DNA from: Candidatus Saccharimonadota bacterium
GTDB lineage: Bacteria; Patescibacteriota; Gracilibacteria; BD1-5; UBA2023
NCBI GenBank assembly: GCA_042852035.1
Contig: BAAFHK010000001.1
Span: forward strand, 210,001-242,000
Direction of reading: 5' to 3'
Length of the DNA stretch: 32,000 nucleotides
Shown here: positions 1-11,877 of the stretch, one piece after another
How the letters are laid out: every line of letters begins with the position of its first letter
Position numbering within the stretch: the stretch's first letter is position 1
The notes under the pieces: generated by a model
Seen by the model: only the letters and a program-made list of their open reading frames with translations
What the model was told of the DNA's origin: nothing
The model's database searches: none
Program-made: the position numbers and the translations under genes

Positions 1-236
1 TCTTCGAGAAATATGTAAGACCCAATAAGAACCAAAACAGGAGTGAGAAGATATATGACTTGTGCAACACTGATATTCGTGAGTTCTATGCCGTAGGCAT
101 AGAGGATACTATTGACACCGATTCCCATACAAATAACGATAAGGAGTCCTATATGTTTCCAGGAATATTTTCTGAGCTTCGGGAGGAGCGGAAGGATGGC
201 TAGAGTTCCTATGAGGTAGCGGAAAATCGTGAGCAT
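1..236 (-). CDS. EamA/DMT-family transporter, N-terminal fragment (gene continues past the left edge)
   Basis: ATG at 236 on the minus strand, open to position 1. Translation MLTIFRYLIGTLAILPLLPKLRKYSWKHIGLLIVICMGIGVNSILYAYGIELTNISVAQVIYLLTPVLVLIGSYIFLE shows hydrophobic helices with an EamA-like pattern. Absent from the ORF track because no stop lies in the window. Confidence 0.55.
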   Translation of the reverse strand, partial: MLTIFRYLIGTLAILPLLPKLRKYSWKHIGLLIVICMGIGVNSILYAYGIELTNISVAQVIYLLTPVLVLIGSYIFLE

Positions 237-321
237 CCATGGAGAAATCTCTGTCAGAACAAATTTCGAACTAACGACTCAAAGAGTTCCGCAGATTCAG
301 AGGGTGAGAAGAAGGAGAAGT

Positions 322-756
322 TTATTCATGACTCGTATAATGCTTAATCTCTTCTTCGAGTCGATCGAAATTTTCCTCATTTTTTTCTCTGAGGAATTCT
401 TGGGCATTCTCGAAAAAGTTTATATCTTCAAATCTTGCTATCCATGTCATCTTAGTCTCATTTTTATTTATTTCTTCGATGAGTACTTCGAGTGTAAAGA
501 TCGGTGCAACATCATGTTTCATGAGGATGTGATTGGTTTCGATTTTTTGAAACATCCATTCATTGTGATAGTCGTGCCCATCAGAGTGCATGGTAAAAAT
601 CCACTTTCCTCACTCTCTAAAATCAAAAGAGTGAAAGGTGTTCGTATTTCATGCAGGTCCCCACCAACGCGCCAGTGATATCGGGTCAGAATACTTCGAA
701 AAAATAGTCTTTGCGGAATAATGGAGAGTGCGAGAGGTAGTGAGGGCATTATTCAT
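322..756 (-). CDS. SRPBCC / AHSA1 (activator of Hsp90 ATPase homolog 1-like) domain protein, 144 aa
   Basis: ATG at 756, TAA at 322-324. Two in-frame TGA read as Gly restore the family motif ...ISLARWWGPAG NTNTFHSFDFREGGKWIFTMHSDGHDYHNEWMFQKIE. The track shows only the C-terminal 89 aa (322..591). Confidence 0.85.
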
Positions 757-765
757 GGTTTATTA

Positions 766-1344
766 TTATGAATCTAAAAAATCTCAAGTTGATTTTACGC
801 TAACGAACCTTCTGATGGCAAGCAAGGCTGCCTCATGATGTTCTTTTGATACCGTTCCACAAGCATCAGAAATAACGGTGGTAAGTATATCTCTATCATG
901 AGCATCACGAGCTGTACTAGAAACTGCTAAATCGGTTGCAACACCAGTAATAATTATTTCTCAAATTCATTTTTCATCAAGATATTCTTCAAGTCAGGTT
1001 TTATAGAAGGCGCTTAACTGAGTTTTTGTGAAAGTTTTCTCATTTGGATTATATTTGAGTCCTTCTATAAAATCTACAGACCAAGTTCATTCTTGTAAAA
1101 TCTGAAGATCAGGTATCATTTTAAATCGAGGAGATACTTTTGAGCAGTTATCATAGTTTTCATGAAAGCCAATGTGAATCCATACAATTTCTTCTTTCTT
1201 TTTTCGAAATGAATCTATAAGCTTTCTCGTATTTTTTATTACTCAAAATTCCTCACAAAATCTTCCCATTCATTGTGGGGAGATTTTTCCTTCTGGATGA
1301 ACAAATTCATTGATAAAATCAATTACTAAAAGAGCTCTTTTCAT
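766..1344 (-). CDS. Isochorismatase-family cysteine hydrolase, 192 aa
   Basis: ATG at 1344, TAA at 766-768, with 7 in-frame TGA. Translation MKRALLVIDFINEF...GTWSVDF...LSAFYKTGLEEYLDEKGIGEIIITGVATDLAVSSTARDAHDRD matches the isochorismatase fold signature. No ORF is reported here under the standard code. Confidence 0.9.
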
Positions 1345-1346
1345 AG

Positions 1347-1736
1347 TTAGTTATTAGGAAAATGTTCAACAATTAATTCGTTCCCACTTCTATCATAGTA
1401 GGTGCAAGTTCATGCCTTCATATCGAGTGTCCATTTTTCAACGCCACTTTCTGCGCAGTCTCGGCAGAAGGTCATATAATCAGTTCCACCATTTTGATGG
1501 AGCTTGAGTCTTTCGATAAAAAAATCTTTTTTAATATCGAGAGAGATAAGAAGAGGCTCATATTTTCATGGAGCATTGAGGGGATCAGGATTGCCAAAAT
1601 ATACCGCCCGCCCATCGGTCACGTAAACGTCGTATGCGGTGACTCACATCCTTGTAATCTCACGAGCATAGGCAGGGAAGTCAGCTCAGGATTTTACTTT
1701 CGCATGAGCATTGATGATATCAGGGAGGGTGAACAT
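1347..1736 (-). CDS. DUF1398-family protein, 129 aa
   Basis: ATG at 1736, TAA at 1347-1349, with 4 in-frame TGA. Translation MFTLPDIINAHAKVKSGADFPAYAREITRMGVTAYDVYVTDGRAVYFG...HQNGGTDYMTFCRDCAESGVEKWTLDMKAGTCTYYDRSGNELIVEHFP resembles the DUF1398 consensus. Confidence 0.8.
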
Positions 1737-1739
1737 TGA

Positions 1740-2282
1740 TTATTTTGTTAGGAGGTATTCTCGGAGTTTTTCTATAGGTTTTATTTTGAGGTATACTTTT
1801 TTGTAGTCTTCTTCGGAGAGTTCAGAACGGATGGTCGTATATCACTCAGGGATAAAAATCCTATCCCATCCAAATCCATTATCTTTTCCTGGATGGTCTG
1901 ATATAGCCCCATTCATGCTTCATTCAAAATATTGGAGAGTATTCCCATCAAAATATCCATATGCACATCGGGCAACGGCTCCACGATTTTTACCATCGAG
2001 GAGACGACAGATTTCTTCGTAAGGGATTTCCCCGATAAAGAACTTGATAAAAGTTCCTGGAAGTCTCCTAAGGGCGACGAATTCGAGTGAGACATCCTCG
2101 ACCAATATAGGCTTTTTTACTTTTTCATAGGCTTGCCGTGCTTTATGTTCGATGATTTCTCGAAGTGAAAGGCTCTGAATTTCATCGAGCTCAATTTTTT
2201 CATGTTCGACTTTGATTCCGAGATATTTACTCAGGTATTCTGCTTTTTTCGCGTTTCCAGTTATGAAGGTGACAGTTTGCAT
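1740..2282 (-). CDS. rdgB: Non-canonical purine NTP pyrophosphatase (RdgB/HAM1 ITPase), 180 aa
   Basis: Track ORF 1920..2282 (MQTVTFITGNAKKAEY...) extends through two TGA=Gly codons to ...YFEGSMNGAISDHPGKDNGFGWDRIFIPEGYTTIRSELSEED..., ending at TAA 1740-1742. This restores the C-terminal FGWD/IF.P.G motif. Confidence 0.9.
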
Positions 2283-2291
2283 AAAATACTA

Positions 2292-2576
2292 CTATTGTGG
2301 GATTGAAGTATCTGTCTGTTTCCATCTTTCTAGGTGCGGGATTTGCCAGAGTGCCATTTTTTTGATGAACCAATTCATTTTTTCTTTTTCGAGAGCTTTT
2401 TCGACGATATTTTTCATCTCATCGAGGGTGCAATCTTTTCAGGTAAATTCTCCATCTTTGTAGCAGAGAGAGCACCATTTTGTACTATGAGATCCATCCT
2501 TTTGTGTTCCACCCTTACCAGGGTCTTTATCGAGAGGCATTCCGCATGACTGACACTGTTTATAGATTTTGTTCAT
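2292..2576 (-). CDS. Zinc-ribbon domain protein, 94 aa
   Basis: ATG at 2576, TAG at 2292-2294, one TGA=Gly. Translation MNKIYKQCQSCGMPLDKDPGKGGTQKDGSHSTKWCSLCYKDGEFTGKDCTLDEM has CxxC...CxxC spacing typical of the putative zinc-ribbon family. Confidence 0.7.
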
Positions 2577-2667
2577 AGAAATGAAATTATATAAAAATTA
2601 TACTTGTTTTTACTCATTTGCAATCCAAAAAACTTGCACTTCTAGAACTTTCACTATACTCAAACTC

Positions 2668-2798
2668 ACATTCAGAGCGAGTACGAGGGATTAGGCCCGT
2701 TATGAGTACTCCGGCAGCCAACTATAAGTGATGAAATGGTTTCTTCTTCATCATTGGAAAATCGGTGCCACTTCCTACCCCTTTATGGGGAGAGATGT
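2668..2798 (+). promoter_or_regulatory. SAM-I (S-box) riboswitch in the metK leader
   Basis: Conserved core read directly: ...UUCAGAGCGAGUACGAGGGAUUAGGCCCGUUAUGAGUACUCCGGCAGCC...(variable P3 hairpin)...GGUGCCACUUCCUACCCCUUUAUGGGGAGAGAUGU. P1 pairs ACAUU (2668-2672) with AGAUGU (2793-2798). It lies directly upstream of metK. Confidence 0.85.
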
Positions 2799-2824
2799 AA
2801 TACAATTATTGTCATGCTATTATT

Positions 2825-2851
2825 CCCTCTTCGTAAATGGAGAGGGTTTTT
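2825..2851 (+). terminator. Intrinsic terminator (riboswitch expression platform)
   Basis: Stem CCCTCT (2825-2830) / AGAGGG (2841-2846), a 10-nt loop, then TTTTT. It sits 20 nt before the metK ATG. Confidence 0.7.
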
Positions 2852-2871
2852 CTTTCCTTAATTTTTCTACT

Positions 2872-4026
2872 ATGTCAGAATTTTTGTTTACTTCAGAATC
2901 AGTATCAGAATGACATCCTGACAAGGTTGCTGATCAAGTATCAGACGCTATCCTTGACGCTATCCTTACTGAAGATCCTCGTGCTCGAGTCGCGGCAGAG
3001 ACACTCGTGAATACCGGTCTTTGTGTTCTTGCGGGTGAGATTACTACCACTGCAAATATAGACTATATTGGTATAGCTCGAAAAACCATTACTGATATCG
3101 GATATAATTCGAGTGATGTATTCTACGATGGAAATGGTATAGCTGTTATGGTGTGTTACGATAAACAATCACCAGATATTGCTCAAGGTGTTGACGAATG
3201 AAAGGGGCTTGACCTCGATCAAGGAGCATGAGACCAATGACTAATGTTCTGATATGCTTGCCGAGAGACAGATACACTTATGCCAGCGCCGATCTACTAT
3301 GCGCATCGTATCATGGAACGACAGGCAGAAGTCCGAAGAACACTCCTTACATGGCTTCGTCCTGATGCGAAATCACAAGTTACCTTTCGTTATGTTGATG
3401 GCGTGCCAGTTGATATTGACACGGTTGTTGTTTCTACGCAACACCACCCAGATGTGAGCTATGACACTATTCGAGATGCTGTTATTGAGACGGTTATTAA
3501 GCCAGTTCTTCCAGCTCATATGATAACAGAGGCAACAAAGTTCCTCGTCAATCCTACAGGAAGATTTGTTGTTGGAGGACCAATGGGTGATTGTGGACTT
3601 ACGGGTCGAAAGATTATCGTGGATACTTATGGTGGTGCTGCACCACACGGAGGATGAGCATTTTCATGAAAGGATCCATCAAAAGTTGATCGAAGTGCTG
3701 CGTATGCAGGGCGCTATGTGGCAAAAAATATTGTTGCTTCAGGACTCGCAGAAAAATGTCTCGTTCAAGTTGCTTATGCTATCGGTGTTGCTAGGCCGGT
3801 TTCACTTATGGTGAATACCTATGGAACTGGAAAACTTTCTGATGAGAAAATTGCAGAGATTATTAACTGAGAGTTTGATCTCAGACCAAAAGGTATTATT
3901 GCTATGCTTGATCTTCTTAAGCCACGCTATTTGAAATCAGCTTCTTATGGGCATTTTGGAAGAAATGAAGAACTTTTCACTTGGGAAAAAACAGATAAAA
4001 TAGATGCACTTAAAAAGTACCTCTAA
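2872..4026 (+). CDS. metK: S-adenosylmethionine synthetase, 384 aa
   Basis: ATG at 2872, TAA at 4024-4026, with 8 in-frame TGA, all at conserved Gly positions. Examples: [13 protein letters not shown] (2911-2913), [40 protein letters not shown]. The track splits it into at least 4 pieces. Confidence 0.97.
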
Positions 4027-4039
4027 AATACAGGAAAAG

Positions 4040-4068
4040 TTCGCAAATTTAGAGAAAATGGATATAAT
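4040..4068 (+). promoter_or_regulatory. Candidate sigma70-like promoter
   Basis: TTCGCA (4040-4045), 17-nt spacer, TATAAT (4063-4068), 32 nt upstream of the DUF465 ATG. Pattern match only, in AT-rich DNA. Confidence 0.3.
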
Positions 4069-4100
4069 TCTACGCGATTTATTTCATCAATACACATTTT

Positions 4101-4343
4101 ATGCAGTTTGATCATCACCCATTTCTTCAGGATCACCCAGAGCTACAAGAAAAAATCCATGACCTTAAAAAATCAAATCATCATTTTGCGAAACTTCTGC
4201 GAGAGTACGAGGGACTTGATATCGAAATTGGTCGGGCTGAAAGTAATATCCCAGGATATCTCATGAGCGATATAGAGCTCACTGAGCTTAAAAAGCAAAA
4301 GATTCATCTCAAAGATGAGCTTATCGCCATGGTTCAAGTCTAA
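4101..4343 (+). CDS. DUF465 (YdcH-like) small protein, 80 aa
   Basis: Intact track ORF. Translation ...HPELQEKIHDLKKSNHHFAKLLREYEGLDIEIGRAE... is typical of DUF465. The stop TAA overlaps the next ATG (TAATG). Confidence 0.8.
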   Translation: MQFDHHPFLQDHPELQEKIHDLKKSNHHFAKLLREYEGLDIEIGRAESNIPGYLMSDIELTELKKQKIHLKDELIAMVQV

Positions 4344-5224
4344 TGCAGAAATTCTCTCTCGATTCTATCGGAACGCATCTTACTCTTTCAATCGATACTC
4401 CTCATTTGTGTGGGGAGTTATTTTCATCGATTGAGAAACGGCTCGTGCATTTTGAGAATAAATTTTCGCGGTTTAAGGCTGAAAATTGGCTCGATGAATT
4501 GAATCATCGTCGTGAATGAACACTCGATGATGATGCAAAATTTATGCTTACCTATGCACTTGACGTTTCAAAGAGGACTTGAGGATACTTTGATCCTACT
4601 GTTGGAAAACGACTCTCGGAGCTTGGGTACGGTGCAATCATGAATCATAGTCAATCTGTTATTCATAAAGGAAAACACAATGACTATCGAGAGATAGAAA
4701 TAATATGAGATATTGTTCAACTTCATGGGGATATTCTCCTTGAATTTGGTTGAGTAGGAAAAGGGTATCTTATTGATGTAATTAAGGAAATGATCGATGA
4801 GTATTATTACTCGAAAAGCATACCACTGCCACGTTACCTTATTGATTTTTGAGGTGATTTGTATGGTTATGGTGGATGGAAGGTTTGACTGGAAAATCCT
4901 CATGTTCTTGAAGAAATAATCGGAGTCCTTCTGTTGGATGACATTTTTCTTGCTTGTTCCTCAGGGTCAAAAAGAAAATGGTGAAATAACCATCACCTGA
5001 TTGACCCAAAAACGGGTGAATCAGCAACGGATGTTATAGCATCATTTATTGAGTGACCAAGTGGTATTTCAACGGATGCTTATGCAACATCTTTTTGTGT
5101 TATGCCATATGAAGAGTCTTGTGAGCTTCTCAGGGAGATTCCTTTTTTGGAAGGGGTTATTCTTGCTTCTGATGGTAGATACTTTCGCTCTTCAGGAAGT
5201 AAGAGTGAGATATTTACTGCCTAA
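4343..5224 (+). CDS. apbE: FAD:protein FMN transferase (ApbE family), 293 aa
   Basis: ATG at 4343, TAA at 5222-5224, with 10 or more in-frame TGA. Motifs: [53 protein letters not shown]. No matching plus-strand ORF appears in the track. Confidence 0.9.
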
Positions 5225-5559
5225 GCAAGCTTTGCTCCATTTGGGACTTCCTTTTCTGGAATAGCTAAAATAACGCTTCCATCTTCTCTGTAAAATCCTG
5301 TGCAGAGGAATTCACTTCGAAATGGTCCAATTTGTTTCGCTGGGAAATTCACAACTCCAATGATTTGTTTTTTTAGAAGCTCATCCTTCGTGTAGTGGGT
5401 AGTGATTTGTGCACTCGATTGTTTTACTCCGATTTCTCAGCCGAAATCAGCCCAGATTTTGTATGCCGGTTTTTTTGCTTCGGGAAAATCTTCTACACGA
5501 ATAATGGTTCCTGTCCGAAGTTCAATCGATTCGAAATCGTTCCAAGTTATTGTTTTCAT
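5221..5559 (-). CDS. tRNA-binding protein (CsaA/YgjH type), 112 aa
   Basis: ATG at 5559, TAG at 5221-5223, one TGA=Gly. Translation [53 protein letters not shown]...[18 protein letters not shown] closely resembles CsaA-type proteins. Confidence 0.9.
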
Positions 5560-5573
5560 GAGTTAGTGAGATA

Positions 5574-7277
5574 TTAGTTTTCTATAAGCGTATCTATAAT
5601 AAGCTGAAGAGATGACTTTTCTTTCCATATATTCTTTGAGAGTCCGAAAATTGGTGAAATAATTTCCCCTGGATGAATGTCGTTTTTGAGAATGCTTTTA
5701 TAATTCCATAGGAGGCACTTTATTCCAGGGAGCTCAAGAAAAGAGAGGGAAAGATGTTTTTTAGAGTCTCATATTGTATCTACTCTTGTAACCGTAAGAC
5801 TATTGAGATAGAATTTTGGTTTTGGATTTCATATACCAAAGGGCCGAAAATCCTCAATCATAGCGAGTGTATCGAGCGTTATTTCATCTGGGAAAATTTC
5901 GGATTCGACTCTGAGGGTTTTTGGTGGGAGTGATCAAATATCTCCATATCTTTCATGAAATCTCTCTTGTATATGATTTTGAAATGATTCAAATACTCAT
6001 TTTTCAATAGTAAATCCTGCCGCCTGGCGATGTCCTCAATATCGTAGAAAATATTGTTTTGAATCCTCAAGTAACTCAACAAGATTACACCAATCAGGGC
6101 TTCTACAGGATGCTACAAGGTTTTCATCATGCTCACAGAGCACGATTGCAGGACGATGGTATGCTTCTGTAAGTTTTCCAGCAATGAGTCCAATAATTCC
6201 ATGCTCAAGTTTTTTATGGGAATAAAAGAGAATAGGTGAGGCATCATTTACATGCAAGAGGGCATCTTCACTAAATTCTTTTACGATTTCCTGACGTTTC
6301 AGATTGAGGGACTCCACCTCCTCAAGTCAGTCATCAACTTTTTGTTCGCTAGAAAGAAGCCATTGAAGTGCTTTTAATGGCGAATCCATGCGACCAGCAG
6401 CATTGATTCTGGGTCCGATTTGAAAGCCAATAATATCAGCTTCGCCTTCCACCTCACGATCAAGTCCCTCTATAAATTTCCGAAGAGCGCTGGTTTTGCT
6501 TTGCTTCATTTGTTTGAGTCCTAGACTTGTAATGACTCGATTTTCATCAATGAGCGGCATACAGTCAGCGACGGTCCCAAGCGAGGCTAAGTCGATATAT
6601 GATTGAAGAATATTTTCCACGACTCATGTATCTCACTGGAGTTCAGTATGATGAGAAAGACGTATTGCGAGTGCATGAAGGAGCTTAAAGGCTACCCCTG
6701 CTCAAGCAAGTCACGAAAATGGATACTTTGAGTCTTTCCGTTTTGGGTTTATGAGAGCAATAACATCTTCAGGAATTATTTCCGGAACTGCATGATGATC
6801 AGTTACGATGACGTCAATTCCGAGAGTTTTTGCATATTTTATAGGCTCAATATCTCGCGTTCCACAATCAACAGTGATAACGAGTTTTACGGATTTTTCA
6901 GAAATTTCATCAAAATGATACTTTTTGAGTCAATACCCATCATGGACTCGGTGAGGGAGCCTATAAGAAACTTCACATCAAATCTCTCAAAGAAAACGAT
7001 AAAGGAGGGCGGTTGAACTTACTCCATCAACATCGTAATCTCAGAAGATGATAATTCTTTCTTTTTTTTCTTGAGCTAAAAGGATTCTTTCTACAGCTTT
7101 TTCCATATCAGGAAGGATATACGGATCATGAAGGTGTGAAAGTTTCGGAGTAAAAAAATCTTCTCATTCTATCTTTCGGTTTTCGAGAAGGACCTGTTTT
7201 AGGGGAGTATTATCACGCTCATTCATGACAATAACACTTTGTCCACAAACTGTCGAGAGTGTCTTTGACTTTATCAT
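5574..7277 (-). CDS. recJ: Single-stranded-DNA-specific exonuclease RecJ, 567 aa (alternative start at 7226)
   Basis: Motifs: IIIFGDYDVDGVSS, TVDCGT, VTDHH, GLAGAGVAFKL, GPRINAAGRM, GGHRQAAGFTI (TGA at 6036-6038), FRPFGIGNPKPKF. TAA at 5574-5576. The 7277 ATG lies 7 nt downstream of a minus-strand TATAAT (7285-7290). The in-frame ATG at 7226 is also possible. Confidence 0.92.
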
Positions 7278-7318
7278 GTTCACGATTATACTTTTCCGCA
7301 AGAAAACACAAGCCTTCT

Positions 7319-7678
7319 ATGTTTAAAGCCTATCTTACACTTATCACTCCACTTCAATATTTTCTTGTAATCTCTTGAGTGATAATTACAGTTGTGGCCC
7401 TTGCTCTTGCTAAAAGAGAGCGATTTAATGCACTTCATTTTCTCGTATTTCTTGCTGGAGGAGTATGACTTCTTGTGTTCTGATTCTTTCCCGGAATACT
7501 CGATCAGTTTGCTAAATTTGTCTGAGTAGCGAAATGAGCTGATGCACTTGTGTATGGAAGTGTAGTTTTTTTATTCTATTTTTCCCTGCTTTTACTCGCA
7601 AAAATTGAATCTCAACGCGAAGAACTCACTCGATTGGTTCGTGAGCTTGCTCTCCATGATATCCATGCAAAAAAATAA
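7319..7678 (+). CDS. DUF2304-family small membrane protein, 119 aa
   Basis: ATG at 7319, TAA at 7676-7678, with 5 TGA=Gly. It has three hydrophobic helices and a C-terminal ...IESQREELTRLVRELALHD tail. The 3' end overlaps the following GT2 start, the usual DUF2304-GT2 arrangement. Confidence 0.8.
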
Positions 7679-8372
7679 GTTTCTTTTTCTCATCCGTGCC
7701 TACAATGAAAGAACTCGGATAAAGGAGGTTATCGAGAGTATTTTTAATGATGGATTTCATCATATCCTTGTTGTGGATGATGGATCGACAGATGGGACAT
7801 CACAGCTCTTAAATGAAGTATTTCAGGACCAGATTTATCTGGTTAAACATCCGATTAATCGATGATGATGAGCCGCGATGGAAACATGATTTGCTTGGGT
7901 GAGAGAGAATGCCAAAAAATTCGAGATTGAATATGTTGTAACATTTGATGCTGATGGTCAGCATGATATTGCAGACATGAAGACATTTATTCATCATCTT
8001 GATAAACATTCCCATGCTGAGGTAATTTATGGCTCTCGTTTTATCATAAAAACAAATTCAAACGTGCCTTGGTACCGAAAAATGACACTCTATTGAGGCC
8101 GCATATTTACTAAGCTTCTTTCTTGAGTTAAACTGACGGATGCTCATAATGGATATCGACTCTTTCATATTTCAGTTATTGATAAGGTTCGACTCACTAT
8201 GGATGGTATGGAGTATGCGAGTGAACTTATCGAAGAGCTTGTAAAGCAGGGTTATAATATCCATGAAGTTCCCGTAAATATTCACTACGATAGCTATACT
8301 CTTGGAAAAGGACAGCGTTATGGATGAATATTGCGGATAGCGACTCGTATGATTTTTAAGAAATTTTTCTAG
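7656..8372 (+). CDS. GT2-family glycosyltransferase, 238 aa
   Basis: ATG at 7656 (or 7665), TAG at 8370-8372. Motifs: FLIRAYNE, VVDDGSTDGT, HPINR-GGG-AAMETG (three consecutive TGA, 7863-7871), TFDADGQH, AHNGYRL. Confidence 0.9.
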
Positions 8373-8377
8373 GCTCA

Positions 8378-10525
<2,148 letters not shown>

Positions 10526-10542
10526 TGTAAATCTGAGAAACT

Positions 10543-11217
10543 ATGCAAGAATTTTGGACCAATTATGCTCAAATTTATGGTGGAGCAAATGATCTTGAAG
10601 AAAAACAGAGACTTTTTGTGGCGAATTTTCTTTCTTGAAAAACTGGCAATCTTCTTGAGTTTGCAAGCGGGAATGGGAAAGTCATCTCCCATATACGAGA
10701 GGCTTGATTTAAGGGTGATATTCTCGGTGTAGACTATAATAAAGAAATGGTAGAAGTGGCAAGAACTCGACTTCCAAATGAGAAATTCATTCAGGGTGAT
10801 ATTCTTGAAGCAGAGAAATTTCTCGGAGAAATGAAGTTTGATTTTGTTATATGTCTCAATTCTCTTCATAATCTCCCGGATAAAAAAATGATCTTCAATT
10901 TTCTTGAAGCTATGAAAAAATATACAAAACAATGATGATATATTATATTTGATGTTCGTAATTCTCTTAATCCGTGAGTAAATTATTGATATTATAGAAA
11001 TCGGAAACGATGACTCCAATTTTTTACCCTTTTCCCAGATCGCATAAAACAGATTTTTAAAACCAATTTTGAGCCCATTACTGATACTTGAGTAAATTAT
11101 TCGAGCCCTCATGTAGGTGATTCTTTCGTTAAAAATTCTCTTTATAAATTTTATTTCCATCTTACGAGTTGGAAATGGTTTTCACCGTACCGTCTCTTTA
11201 TATTTCGTAAAAAATAA
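10543..11217 (+). CDS. Class I SAM-dependent methyltransferase, 224 aa
   Basis: ATG at 10543, TAA at 11215-11217. Motif I LLEFASGNGKV, then GVDYNKEMVEVAR...FDFVICLNSLHNL. The 212-aa minus-strand track ORF here is an antisense artefact. Confidence 0.85.
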
Positions 11218-11219
11218 TT

Positions 11220-11876
11220 ATGCACATTGAGTATACTACCATGCTCATAAATCTCAAAAAAACTGAAGAGGAGCTTTGGGAGCAAATCGGGAATGTTCGT
11301 ACTGACATTCGGAAGGCTCAAAAGAATAATGTTGAAATCGTTACTCAGCCAACCGATGATGAGCGTCATGAAGCCTATGAGCTCTATCTTGCAATGATGA
11401 AGAAGAAATTTCTTCCAGTAGAAATGAACTACTCGCTTGCTGCATCAAAAGACCATGAATTAATCGTTGCGAAGTACCAAGGAAAAGTTGTTTCCTATAT
11501 TCGTTTTCAACTTTTTTCTAAAATCGACACCCTTGGAAAGTCTAAAATATGTGCATTTGAAACTATAGCAAGTGATGATTCCTTTAAGCATCTGTCTGTG
11601 AATAGTCTTCTTTACTGGGAAGGTATACGGTATATGAAATCACTTGGGTTTGAATTTTTGAATTTCAATGGCGTGAGTTATCAATATGGTGGAGGCGATC
11701 TCAATAGTCTTGCCTTTTTTAAGAGAAAATGGAATGGAATCGAAATAGGCTGTACTTCAAAAAGGTCTCTCCTGGCATACATCTATTGGAGGTGGTTTCG
11801 AAAATATGAATTTGTACGGAGAGTGGTGTATCATATTCTTACGACATTCTTTCAGAGTCGGTTTAAAAAATACTAA
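11220..11876 (+). CDS. FemAB-like / GNAT-fold (Acetyltransf_6-type) transferase, 218 aa
   Basis: Intact track ORF with no TGA. Translation TMLINLKKTEEELWEQIGNVRTDIRKAQKNNVEIV...LLYWEGIRYMKSLGFEFLNFNGV...LAFFKRKWNG resembles the C-terminal half of FemAB-family transferases. Confidence 0.65.
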   Translation: MHIEYTTMLINLKKTEEELWEQIGNVRTDIRKAQKNNVEIVTQPTDDERHEAYELYLAMMKKKFLPVEMNYSLAASKDHELIVAKYQGKVVSYIRFQLFSKIDTLGKSKICAFETIASDDSFKHLSVNSLLYWEGIRYMKSLGFEFLNFNGVSYQYGGGDLNSLAFFKRKWNGIEIGCTSKRSLLAYIYWRWFRKYEFVRRVVYHILTTFFQSRFKKY

Positions 11877-11877
11877 C

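Noticed and set aside
229-678. 149-aa plus-strand ORF (also 519..749 minus) from the track.
   Set aside because: It is an antisense or off-frame shadow of the well-supported SRPBCC gene (322..756, minus). The sequence is low-complexity with no family resemblance.
2634-2660. A promoter for the metK leader (TTGCAC ... TATACT).
   Set aside because: The spacer is only 15 nt, and in DNA this AT-rich such hexamers occur by chance. It is not reported as a feature.
2728-4026. metK, and likewise recJ, apbE, ispG and most GTs, looks like a pseudogene riddled with premature TGA stops.
   Set aside because: Every interruption is TGA, never TAA or TAG, the frame never shifts, and each TGA sits on a conserved glycine. 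This is codon reassignment, not decay.
7863-7871. The TGATGATGA triple as a fail-safe tandem terminator ending a short 69-aa GT2 fragment.
   Set aside because: GT2 motifs (DADGQH, AHNGYRL) continue in the same frame for 167 more codons. The triplet aligns with the conserved GGG/G.GAA loop.
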